A stretch of 64,000 nucleotides of DNA from Clostridia bacterium (GTDB taxonomy: Bacteria; Bacillota; Clostridia; Oscillospirales; Acutalibacteraceae), in NCBI GenBank assembly GCA_900755895.1, contig CAAEIG010000052.1, positions 26,268-90,267 of the forward strand. The letters are read 5' to 3'. Both the position numbers and the translations under genes were made by a program. This document shows, in pieces, positions 9,752 through 17,483 of the stretch. The notes under the pieces are model-generated. The model saw only the letters and a list, made by a program, of their open reading frames with translations, ran no database searches and was not told where the DNA came from. The stretch's first letter is position 1, and the number at the start of each line of letters is the position of its first letter.

Positions 9752-11560
9752 TTATCCCTCTTTTTTATAGTCAAAGTCGGGAATCTTGTGCCAGCGCTCC
9801 CGGAAGTAGTGGGCCACTAGCTTGGGCTTCCGGTCCCGGGTAAACAGGCCTTTCTTGTTGCCTTGAACACGAAGCATACTCTGGCTGGTGGCGAAGTCTG
9901 CAAAGTTCCATGCCTGCTCTCCCACCACAAACTCATACTCGTCAAATACGGAGTTGTTCATCTTGTAGTACTCCAACTGGTACTCCTCGGTATACATCAC
10001 CGGCGTGGTGTCGTGGAAGCCCATCACCGTGTCGGCGCCGTACTCTGTGAAGATCACCGGCTTGCCTATTGCTCTCCACTGGTCCAGCTCCTCCCGGAGC
10101 GCCTGCTGGGAGACTTCCAGATCCGGCCCGCCGTAATACCACCCGTAATACCGGTTCAGGCAGATCACATCGCTGAGCTTGGAGGAACAATCCGTATCCG
10201 GCGTTGTATTGATGGCGACGCTCACCAGAGTACAGGGACGCTTCTGGGGATCCAGCTCCCTGGCCAGCTCATACAAGGGAGCGAAGTACTCATAGGCTCC
10301 GGGGGCGCCGGAATCCGGCTCGTTAGCGATGCTCCACATCACTACGCAAGCGTGGTTCTTGTCCCGAGCGATCAAGTCCCGGATCACATCCTTATGGTGT
10401 TCCTGGGTCTGAACGCCGTGCTCCTTGTCAAAGGTCTCCACCTTCTGGCCGTTGAAGTTGGCCCCGCCTCCAAACTGGAAGTTGAGTCCCACAGCAGTGG
10501 TCTCGTCAATGACCACAAACCCCTCCTGATCGCACAGGCGCATCATCTCCTCGCTATAGGGGTAATGGCTGGTGCGGAAGCTGTTGGCCCCTTGCCACTT
10601 CATCAGGGACATATCTTTGGTATTCATGGGCAGGTTCATTCCCCGGCCATTGGGGAAGGTATCCTCGTGGCGGCCGTAACCTTTGAAGTAGAAAGGCCTG
10701 CCGTTGATGAGGAACTTGGTTCCCTCCACCTTCACTGTCCGCACGCCATAGGGCAGGGTATACACGTCCTGACCAAAGGTGACTCGGATGTCATACAGGT
10801 ATGCGTTCAAAGGCTGCCACAGGTGGACATTTTCGATCTCCAAGACACCTTGGGTTCCCTGGGACTGGGCCACCCTATTGCCTTCCCGGTCAAAGACCTC
10901 CACTAGACAACTGCCCTCTCCCACCGTTTCTACGGTATAGGTGAGCTTGGCGTCCTGACCGCAGACTTCCGGTGTCACCCAAATGTCCGCGATGTAATCC
11001 TTGGGAGTGGTATACAGCTTTACTGGACGGGTGATGCCACAGTAGTTAAAGAAATCAAAGTTGGGTCGGTTCTGAGGCTTTTTGGAGACAGGACCTCTCC
11101 CACCTCCCAGCATGTCCGACCGGCCTCCCACGGGAAGGGTGGTATAATCGATCACATTGTCCACAGCGATGGTGAGCAGGTTGTCCTCACCATCCCGCAA
11201 GTTCTGAGTGACCTCAACCTCAAAAGGCAGAAATCCGCCCCGATGCTCGCAAATCAACTCACCGTTAAGGTAGATCTTGGCGTGGTGGGTCACCGCGGCA
11301 CACCGCAGCACCACCCGCTGTTCTTTCACAAAGGCCGGTACCGAGATCTTCCGCTGATAGAATACCCAGCCGTAATGATCCCGAAAATCCACACCTTCCT
11401 TCAAGTCGTTGTAGGAGGCAGGCACCGGCATGGTCAGAGGATCCTTCAAGGGGACGGCATACCACTGGTCCTCAAAGCCGTGTCCATCGTCCAGCTTAAA
11501 GTCCCACACACCTCCCAAATCGCTCAGCAACCGGGAGGGAGTCAAAATCGGATATAACAT
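9752..11560 (-). CDS. uidA: Beta-glucuronidase (GH2)
   Basis: 602 aa, collinear with E. coli GusA (603 aa). MLYPILTPSR...DGHGFEDQWY...RVVLRCAAVTHHAKIYLNGELICEHRGGFLPFEVEVT matches MLRPVETPTR...RIVLRFDAVTHYGKVWVNNQEVMEHQGGYTPFEADVT. Confidence 0.9.
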   Translation of the reverse strand: MLYPILTPSRLLSDLGGVWDFKLDDGHGFEDQWYAVPLKDPLTMPVPASYNDLKEGVDFRDHYGWVFYQRKISVPAFVKEQRVVLRCAAVTHHAKIYLNGELICEHRGGFLPFEVEVTQNLRDGEDNLLTIAVDNVIDYTTLPVGGRSDMLGGGRGPVSKKPQNRPNFDFFNYCGITRPVKLYTTPKDYIADIWVTPEVCGQDAKLTYTVETVGEGSCLVEVFDREGNRVAQSQGTQGVLEIENVHLWQPLNAYLYDIRVTFGQDVYTLPYGVRTVKVEGTKFLINGRPFYFKGYGRHEDTFPNGRGMNLPMNTKDMSLMKWQGANSFRTSHYPYSEEMMRLCDQEGFVVIDETTAVGLNFQFGGGANFNGQKVETFDKEHGVQTQEHHKDVIRDLIARDKNHACVVMWSIANEPDSGAPGAYEYFAPLYELARELDPQKRPCTLVSVAINTTPDTDCSSKLSDVICLNRYYGWYYGGPDLEVSQQALREELDQWRAIGKPVIFTEYGADTVMGFHDTTPVMYTEEYQLEYYKMNNSVFDEYEFVVGEQAWNFADFATSQSMLRVQGNKKGLFTRDRKPKLVAHYFRERWHKIPDFDYKKEG

Positions 11561-11602
11561 AAGGCATCTTCCTTTCCCATGGCGATTCCGCCAGAAATAT
11601 TG

Positions 11603-11645
11603 AAAAGAAGGGACCCCGCAAGGTCCCCTTCTCCTCTTTAACTTA
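11603..11645 (-). terminator. Rho-independent terminator, likely for the Rrf2 gene
   Basis: Minus strand reads gaaggggaccttgcggggtcccttc followed by ttttcaatattt. Confidence 0.5.
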
Positions 11646-11801
11646 TATTTTATATTATTTGATTACAAAAACAAGTATTTTTTTGTTTAAATAGTCTGAT
11701 TTTCTTGTCTCTTTTTCAAAATTGCTATTCCCAGTCCCACCTAGTGCACCCACTATCGGGAAGTTTAGGAATAGCTAGAAGGCTTCTTTTATAGATCGAC
11801 A

Positions 11802-12197
11802 TTAGAGCAAGTCCGTCAGCCGCTTGCTGTAAAAAAAGTCCCGGACCATTTTGTCATATTCTTTCCACAGGGGCAGAGTTTGACAGGTTGATGCTCGCTT
11901 GCATGGTGACGCGCCTTTCGTCAGGCAACTGACAGTGGCCAGCGAGCCCTCCATCCATTCGAGAATTTCACCCACTGTGTACTCCTCCGGCTCACGGCAG
12001 AGCACATATCCCCCGCCATGGCCCCCTTGACCGAGCACCATATTCCCCCGAACCAGCTCTTTTACAATAATCTCCAGGTATTTCTTGGAAATTTCCTGCC
12101 TTGCGGCAATGTCCTTCAGAGGGATATTACCCTCCCCCCGATGCTCTGCCAAATCAATCATCACGCGCAGCGCGTAGCGTCCCTTTGTAGATACCAT
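11802..12197 (-). CDS. Rrf2-family transcriptional regulator (CymR/IscR-like)
   Basis: MVSTKGRYALRVMIDLAEH... is the canonical Rrf2 N-terminal wHTH. ATG at 12197 sits 6 nt after GAGGTG. The track's 12206 start is a GTG inside that RBS. Confidence 0.8.
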   Translation of the reverse strand: MVSTKGRYALRVMIDLAEHRGEGNIPLKDIAARQEISKKYLEIIVKELVRGNMVLGQGGHGGGYVLCREPEEYTVGEILEWMEGSLATVSCLTKGASPCKRASTCQTLPLWKEYDKMVRDFFYSKRLTDLL

Positions 12198-12276
12198 CTC
12201 ATTCACCTCGTTTGACCTATTCTACCACAGGGTGAATTGGTAAATCAATCTGCGATTCCAAAAACCCTTTAAACCT

Positions 12277-12306
12277 ATTGACATAGTAGGTCAATATTGA
12301 TACAAT
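12277..12306 (+). promoter_or_regulatory. metY sigma-A promoter (TTGACA-17-TACAAT) overlapped by inverted repeat ATTGAC-N7-GTCAAT (putative Rrf2 operator)
   Basis: -35 at 12278-12283, -10 at 12301-12306, inverted repeat at 12277-12295. The divergent Rrf2 promoter (TTGATT-18-TAGAAT on the minus strand) lies immediately upstream. Confidence 0.55.
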
Positions 12307-12338
12307 GCTCCTATGAAAAAACGGAGGAGAATGCAACT

Positions 12339-13619
12339 ATGAGCAAATACAGATTTGAAACTCTCCAACTTCATGTAGGACAGGAGCAAGCCGACCCAGC
12401 AACTGACGCCAGGGCGGTTCCCATCTACCAAACCACTTCTTATGTGTTCCACGATTCCGCCCATGCAGCTGCCCGGTTCAACTTGACCGATACCGGCAAC
12501 ATCTATGGCCGTCTGACCAACTCCACCCAGGAGGTTCTGGAAAAGAGAATCGCCGCTCTGGAAGGTGGTGTGGAAGCCTTGGCGGTGGCCTCTGGAGCCG
12601 CTGCCATCACCTACACTCTGGAAGCTCTGGCCCAGCAGGGCGATCATATTGTGGCGCAAAAAACCATCTATGGGGGCACCTACAATCTTTTGGCCCACAC
12701 TCTGCCCCAGTACGGTGTGACTGCCAGCTTTGTAGACGCCCACAATTTGGAAGAAGTAGAATCCGCCATCCAGCCCAACACCAAGGCAATTTATCTGGAA
12801 ACACTGGGCAACCCCAACAGCGACGTTCCAGATATCGCCGCCATTGCAGCTATCGCCCATAAGCACGGCCTTCCCCTGGTGATCGACAACACCTTTGGCA
12901 CGCCCTACTTCATCCGCCCCATTGAATACGGTGCAGACATTGTGGTTCACTCCGCTACCAAATTCATAGGCGGGCATGGAACTTCCTTGGGCGGCATCAT
13001 CGTGGATTCCGGAAAGTTTGACTGGAAGTCAAGCGGTAAGTTTGACCCCATCGCCCAACCCAATCCCAGCTATCACGGCGTCTCCTTTGTGGATGCCGCA
13101 GGACCTGCCGCTTTCGTCACATACATTCGAGCTGTTTTGCTCCGAGATACCGGTGCCGCCATCTCCCCCTTTAATGCGTTCATGCTGTTACAAGGTGTGG
13201 AAACTCTGTCCCTGCGGCTGGAACGCCACGCTAAAAACACCCAAAAAGTGGTGGAGTTTCTGGCTTCTCATCCTCAGGTGGCCAAAGTCAACCATCCCAG
13301 CCTAACGGACCATCCTGACCATGAATTGTATCAAAAGTATTTCCCCAAGGGTGGCGGCTCCATCTTCACCTTTGAAATTAAAGGTGGTCAGGAAGCTGCC
13401 TGGAAGTTTATTGACCATCTGAAAATCTTCTCTCTGCTCGCCAATGTGGCGGATGTTAAGTCCCTAGTCATTCACCCCGCCACCACCACCCACAGTCAGC
13501 TGAATAGGGCAGAACTGGCGGACCAGGGCATCACTCCCGGGACCATTCGACTGTCCATCGGGACGGAGCATATTGAGGACATCCTGGAGGATTTGGAGAA
13601 CGGATTTGCGTCCGTATAA
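12339..13619 (+). CDS. metY: O-acetylhomoserine sulfhydrylase (PLP-dependent, Cys/Met metabolism)
   Basis: MSKYRFETLQLHVGQE...PIYQTTSYVF... and a PLP-lysine region ...HSATKFIGGHGT are classic MetY/MetC-family features. RBS GGAGGAG lies 9 nt upstream of the ATG at 12339. Confidence 0.9.
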   Translation: MSKYRFETLQLHVGQEQADPATDARAVPIYQTTSYVFHDSAHAAARFNLTDTGNIYGRLTNSTQEVLEKRIAALEGGVEALAVASGAAAITYTLEALAQQGDHIVAQKTIYGGTYNLLAHTLPQYGVTASFVDAHNLEEVESAIQPNTKAIYLETLGNPNSDVPDIAAIAAIAHKHGLPLVIDNTFGTPYFIRPIEYGADIVVHSATKFIGGHGTSLGGIIVDSGKFDWKSSGKFDPIAQPNPSYHGVSFVDAAGPAAFVTYIRAVLLRDTGAAISPFNAFMLLQGVETLSLRLERHAKNTQKVVEFLASHPQVAKVNHPSLTDHPDHELYQKYFPKGGGSIFTFEIKGGQEAAWKFIDHLKIFSLLANVADVKSLVIHPATTTHSQLNRAELADQGITPGTIRLSIGTEHIEDILEDLENGFASV

Positions 13620-13656
13620 TACGAAGACAGCATAATAAGCACCCACATCAATCAAA

Positions 13657-13712
13657 AACAGCCAGCAGTCTGCGCAGTTACTCTGCGGGCTGCTGGCTGT
13701 TTTTGATGTATA
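13657..13712 (+). terminator. Rho-independent terminator of metY
   Basis: cagccagcagtctgcgcagttactctgcgggctgctggctg followed by ttttt. Confidence 0.7.
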
Positions 13713-13796
13713 TTCTTTTCAACAAACAAATACCAGGAATCGGAAGGTTCGCAAAAACAAGAAACCGATTTACGTTTTCCGTAAATCGGCTTTTGT

Positions 13797-13872
<76 letters not shown>

Positions 13873-14110
13873 ATATTCATTTGTTCGCCCTGCGTTTTTG
13901 TCTCTCGCCTTGGCGCTTGATTATAATACCATAGGACTTTGAAAAATGCAACCCCTTTTTTCAAATTTTTTCGATTTTTTTCAAAGAGATGTTTTCCGCA
14001 CACATTTCTCCTCCTCTGGATAGTATGGAACAGGCCCGCCCGGAAATTTCTCCAGGTGATTAAACAGGCTCAAGTAAGGCAAAACTAGAGACAAATAACT
14101 TCAACGGAGT

Positions 14111-14470
14111 GTGAAAACCGTGATCGTACACAGAGGAGACATCTACTACGCAGATCTAAGCCCCGTCGTGGGCTCAGAACAGGGCGGCGTCCGACCGGTA
14201 CTCATCGTACAAAATGACGTGGGCAACAAATTCAGCCCCACAGTGATCGCCGCCGCTATTACTAGCCAGAAGGATAAGGCGAACCTGCCCACCCACATCG
14301 CTGTGGACGCCAAGGGCTCCGGACTGATCAAGGACTCCATCGTTCTTTTGGAACAAGTTCGAACCCTGGACAAGCATCGCTTGCGTGAAAAAATGGGCCG
14401 CCTCGATCCCGACTCCATGGATCGGGTGGATCAAGCACTTTCCATTAGTTTTGGCCTGCGCCCTACATAA
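14111..14470 (+). CDS. ndoA: EndoA/MazF (PemK-family) mRNA interferase toxin
   Basis: GTG start. Translation [65 protein letters not shown]... is near-identical to B. subtilis EndoA ([50 protein letters not shown]...). Confidence 0.9.
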   Translation: MKTVIVHRGDIYYADLSPVVGSEQGGVRPVLIVQNDVGNKFSPTVIAAAITSQKDKANLPTHIAVDAKGSGLIKDSIVLLEQVRTLDKHRLREKMGRLDPDSMDRVDQALSISFGLRPT

Positions 14471-14515
14471 AGGGCGCAAAATGCGCCGCTGGGTATCCCC
14501 CAGCGGCGCTGCTGT

Positions 14516-15874
14516 TTATTCGGACTTTTTGAAAAACTCCTGTGCACAAAGTTTCAGTGCCGGAAGGGTGTTCTCCACCTTCCCTTCCAAAACCAGGTCC
14601 AGCATACGATGTAAAAGCTTTCCCATCTCCGGGCCAGGAGTCATCCCCATTGCCTTCAGGTCCTCTCCGGAAAGAGCCAGGTCCCTCAACGTCAAACACT
14701 CCCCCTGGGCCAGGATCTCTTGCGCCAAAGCTCTGCTCTGCTCCAAGTCAGGCAATCTGCTCTCAAAGATTCCCGGCGCCTTTGCGGACATATCCGCCTC
14801 CTGCAACTGGAACAGTCGGGTAACAAACACTTCCCCATACTGCCCCAGCAGCTTCTTCAGTCGCTTGACACTCATGGGCATGGGATCCTCATGATGGTCC
14901 ACTAAAGTGGAAATCCACTCCTGTTCCTTCTTGGAAAACCGCAACCGCGAAAGCACCTGCCGGGCAATGTTTCCGCTTTCCGGCGGATGACCATAAAAGT
15001 GGGCTCGTCCATCCGGCGAAAACGTCTTCTTGGACGGTTTTCCCGAATCGTGAAGCAGCACTGCCCAACTCAAATCCACCAACCTAGGTCCATGATCTAA
15101 GGCATGGAGCGTGTGCTCCCAAACATCATAACAGTGATAGGGAGTCTCCTGCAGACATCCCTTCATAGGGGCCAACTCCGGCAGGACAGTGAACACCACT
15201 TCTGCATACTCCTGCAAAACCGATGCAACGTGATCTCCCACCAACAGTTTCGACAACTCCTCCCTCACCCGCTCTTGGGAAAGCTGCCCCAATAGCTGGC
15301 GTTTCTCCCAAAGGGCACCGGCTGTGGGGGGAGCTATGGAAAACCCCAGTTGGGAAGAAAACCGCAGGCAACGGAGTATGCGCAAGGCATCCTCGGAAAA
15401 GCGTGTGGCAGGATCCCCCACACAGCACAGCCGCTTTGCCTGCAAATCCTCCTGTCCATGGAACAAGTCCACCAGGCCCCGTTCCGGATGCCAGGCCATG
15501 GCATTGACGGTAAAGTCACGGCGGGACAGGTCGTCCTCCAGCTCTCTGGAAAAGCCCACAGAATCCGGATGACGGCCATCGGTGTAGGTGCCGTCCTGAC
15601 GGAAGGTGGTGATCTCCACAGGATGCCCCTCCCCCGTCACCAGGGCGATGGTTCCATGGGCTGCCCCCACTTCAATCAGACGCTCCCCGGCAAAGCAGGA
15701 GGCTGTCTCTTCAGGTCGGGCACTGGTGGTAATATCCCAATCCATGGGAGTCTTCCCCAGCAGGGAATCCCGCACACAACCTCCAACACACCAAGCTTGA
15801 TAACCTGCGGATTCCAACCGTGCTATGGCCTCCCCCACTGCCTTGGGGGGCTGGATGGTCAGATTCCCTGTCAT
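14516..15874 (-). CDS. cca: CCA-adding tRNA nucleotidyltransferase (PolyA-pol head + HD domain)
   Basis: N-terminal GYQAWCVGGCVRDSLLGKTPMDWDITTSARPEE is the class-II nucleotidyltransferase motif. An HD motif (LLHDSGKP) follows. Confidence 0.8.
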   Translation of the reverse strand: MTGNLTIQPPKAVGEAIARLESAGYQAWCVGGCVRDSLLGKTPMDWDITTSARPEETASCFAGERLIEVGAAHGTIALVTGEGHPVEITTFRQDGTYTDGRHPDSVGFSRELEDDLSRRDFTVNAMAWHPERGLVDLFHGQEDLQAKRLCCVGDPATRFSEDALRILRCLRFSSQLGFSIAPPTAGALWEKRQLLGQLSQERVREELSKLLVGDHVASVLQEYAEVVFTVLPELAPMKGCLQETPYHCYDVWEHTLHALDHGPRLVDLSWAVLLHDSGKPSKKTFSPDGRAHFYGHPPESGNIARQVLSRLRFSKKEQEWISTLVDHHEDPMPMSVKRLKKLLGQYGEVFVTRLFQLQEADMSAKAPGIFESRLPDLEQSRALAQEILAQGECLTLRDLALSGEDLKAMGMTPGPEMGKLLHRMLDLVLEGKVENTLPALKLCAQEFFKKSE

Positions 15875-16019
15875 GACGGACCTCCTTTCCTTTTATTGCT
15901 CATTTAGTATACCACAAACCGGTACGCTGTGAAAAGTCCTCGCGTTGACAGCAGCCCGGAAACATGGTAAGATACAAAACCGAAAACAAGAAATCCAATT
16001 GGAAAGAGGAGAGATCACT

Positions 16020-16517
16020 ATGGCATTGCTGGAGCAGTGGCAGCAGTACGCTCAAGAGCAGCAGGAAGGCCCTCAGGGCACCCAGTTCTGGAAGGATTAC
16101 CTGCAGCGGGAAAAGGAAGTCTATCAGCGGATTCTGGAGAGCAAGCCCCGGAAAAACACGGTCAAGGGCTACGCGGAGAAATACGGCGTGGATCTGATGA
16201 CTATGGTGGCTTTCCTGGACGGCATCAACGACAGTCTGAAGGAGAAGAATCCTCTGGAGACCATGGAAGAGGATACCGAAGTCAACCTGAACTACGACAA
16301 GGAACTTCTGTACAAGAACATGGTGGAGGCCAAAGCCTCTTGGCTCTATGAGCTGCCCCAGTGGGACAAGCTGATCCCCGAGGAGCGCCGTAAAGAGCTT
16401 TACAAAGAACAGAAGCTCTCCAAAACCGTTGTTAAGGGTCCCAAAGTGGGCAGAAATGATCCTTGCCCCTGCGGCAGCGGAAAAAAATATAAAAAGTGCT
16501 GCGGCCGTGATTTGTAA
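16020..16517 (+). CDS. SEC-C motif domain protein (hypothetical)
   Basis: C-terminal [19 protein letters not shown] is a SEC-C metal-binding motif. Start at MALLEQ (16020) has an AGGAGAG RBS. Confidence 0.55.
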   Translation: MALLEQWQQYAQEQQEGPQGTQFWKDYLQREKEVYQRILESKPRKNTVKGYAEKYGVDLMTMVAFLDGINDSLKEKNPLETMEEDTEVNLNYDKELLYKNMVEAKASWLYELPQWDKLIPEERRKELYKEQKLSKTVVKGPKVGRNDPCPCGSGKKYKKCCGRDL

Positions 16518-16643
16518 GCTCCAGCCTATATGGATGCCTTCTCTCATGCAATGAGACCACAGGCAACCATACCCTTTCTTGATTAAGATTGTAAAAAACG
16601 CAAAGACTACCTTTGGAAGATATTTCGGAGGTGGTCTTTTTCT

Positions 16644-17414
16644 ATGCAGGGAAAAGTGGAGATCTGCGGTGTGAACACATCGCGGTTGAAAGTATTAAAA
16701 AGCGACGAGATGAAGGAGCTGCTGGTAAAGAGCCACAACGGGGACAAATCTGCGCGGGACGCTTTGATCTACGGCAACTTGAGGCTGGTACTCAGTGTGA
16801 TCCAACGCTTTGGCAATCGTGGGGAAAGCCCTGACGACCTATTTCAAGTGGGATGTATTGGACTGATGAAAGCAATTGACCACTTTGATGTCAGTCAAGG
16901 GGTTCAATTTTCCACCTATGGCGTCCCCATGATCATCGGCGAGGTACGGCGATTTCTCCGGGACAACAACTCGGTGCGGGTCAGCCGCTCCTTGCGGGAC
17001 ACGGCTTACAAGGCCATCCAATGCCGAGAACGCCTGACCGCTGAGAAGGATCGGGAACCCACGGTGGAGGAAATCGCCCAGGAACTCTCTATGAAACGGG
17101 AGGACGTTGTACTGGCCCTGGAGGCTATTGTAGAGCCAGTCTCCCTCTATGAGCCAGTATTTTCAGATGGCGGCGACACCATCTATATCATGGACCAGGT
17201 GGGCGATCCCTCGGGCGACGGGGATTGGCTGGAAGAGATCGCTGTGAAACAAGCCATTCAAAATCTCTCCCCCAGGGAAAAGAAGATCCTATCCCTGCGC
17301 TTTCTGGAAGGCAAAACACAAATGGAGGTTGCCGGTCGCATCGGCATCTCACAAGCTCAGGTTTCCCGGCTGGAAAAGGGAGCCTTGAACAAAATCAAAC
17401 ACGAGCTGCGCTGA
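16644..17414 (+). CDS. sigG: Sporulation sigma factor SigG
   Basis: KVEICGVNTSRLKVLKSDEMKELL...GNLRLVLSVIQRFGNRGE..DDLFQVGCIGLMKAIDHFD...STYGVPMIIGEVRRFLRDNNSVRVSRSLRD tracks B. subtilis SigG nearly residue for residue. Confidence 0.85.
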   Translation: MQGKVEICGVNTSRLKVLKSDEMKELLVKSHNGDKSARDALIYGNLRLVLSVIQRFGNRGESPDDLFQVGCIGLMKAIDHFDVSQGVQFSTYGVPMIIGEVRRFLRDNNSVRVSRSLRDTAYKAIQCRERLTAEKDREPTVEEIAQELSMKREDVVLALEAIVEPVSLYEPVFSDGGDTIYIMDQVGDPSGDGDWLEEIAVKQAIQNLSPREKKILSLRFLEGKTQMEVAGRIGISQAQVSRLEKGALNKIKHELR

Positions 17415-17483
17415 AAAAGACCTCCTGAGCTCCCCGCCCACATTGTAGAACGGGGATAGCCCAGGAGGCCTTTCAATTGCTCT

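Noticed and set aside
9863-10906. 347-aa + ORF
   Set aside because: Entirely antisense inside uidA. Composition is Ala/Gly/Leu/Pro-rich, typical of a GC artefact.
11521-11560. Apparent 1-nt offset between my hand count of the printed sequence and the ORF-track coordinates near the uidA start
   Set aside because: Most likely my own counting slip. Track coordinates were used for CDS ends and the offset does not affect any call. Hand-derived regulatory coordinates may be off by +/-1.
12207-12338. Possible S-box/T-box riboswitch before metY
   Set aside because: The leader is only ~30 nt after the -10, which leaves no room for a riboswitch.
13930-14000. T-run mini-repeats (ttttttcaaa / ttttttcga / tttttttcaaagag) upstream of mazF
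   Set aside because: Considered as a ToxI-like RNA antitoxin repeat. The units are far shorter and more irregular than 36-nt type-III repeats, and the toxin is MazF-type, not ToxN. More likely a UP-element or terminator-like U-tract.
15945-16019. Upstream extension of the SEC-C ORF (MTAARKHG...)
   Set aside because: No RBS. The internal ATG at 16020 has AGGAGAG at ideal spacing.
16520-16643. Sigma-F/G-dependent promoter for sigG
   Set aside because: Only a partial match (ggcaaccata) without a convincing GYATA -35 at correct spacing. Not reported as a feature.
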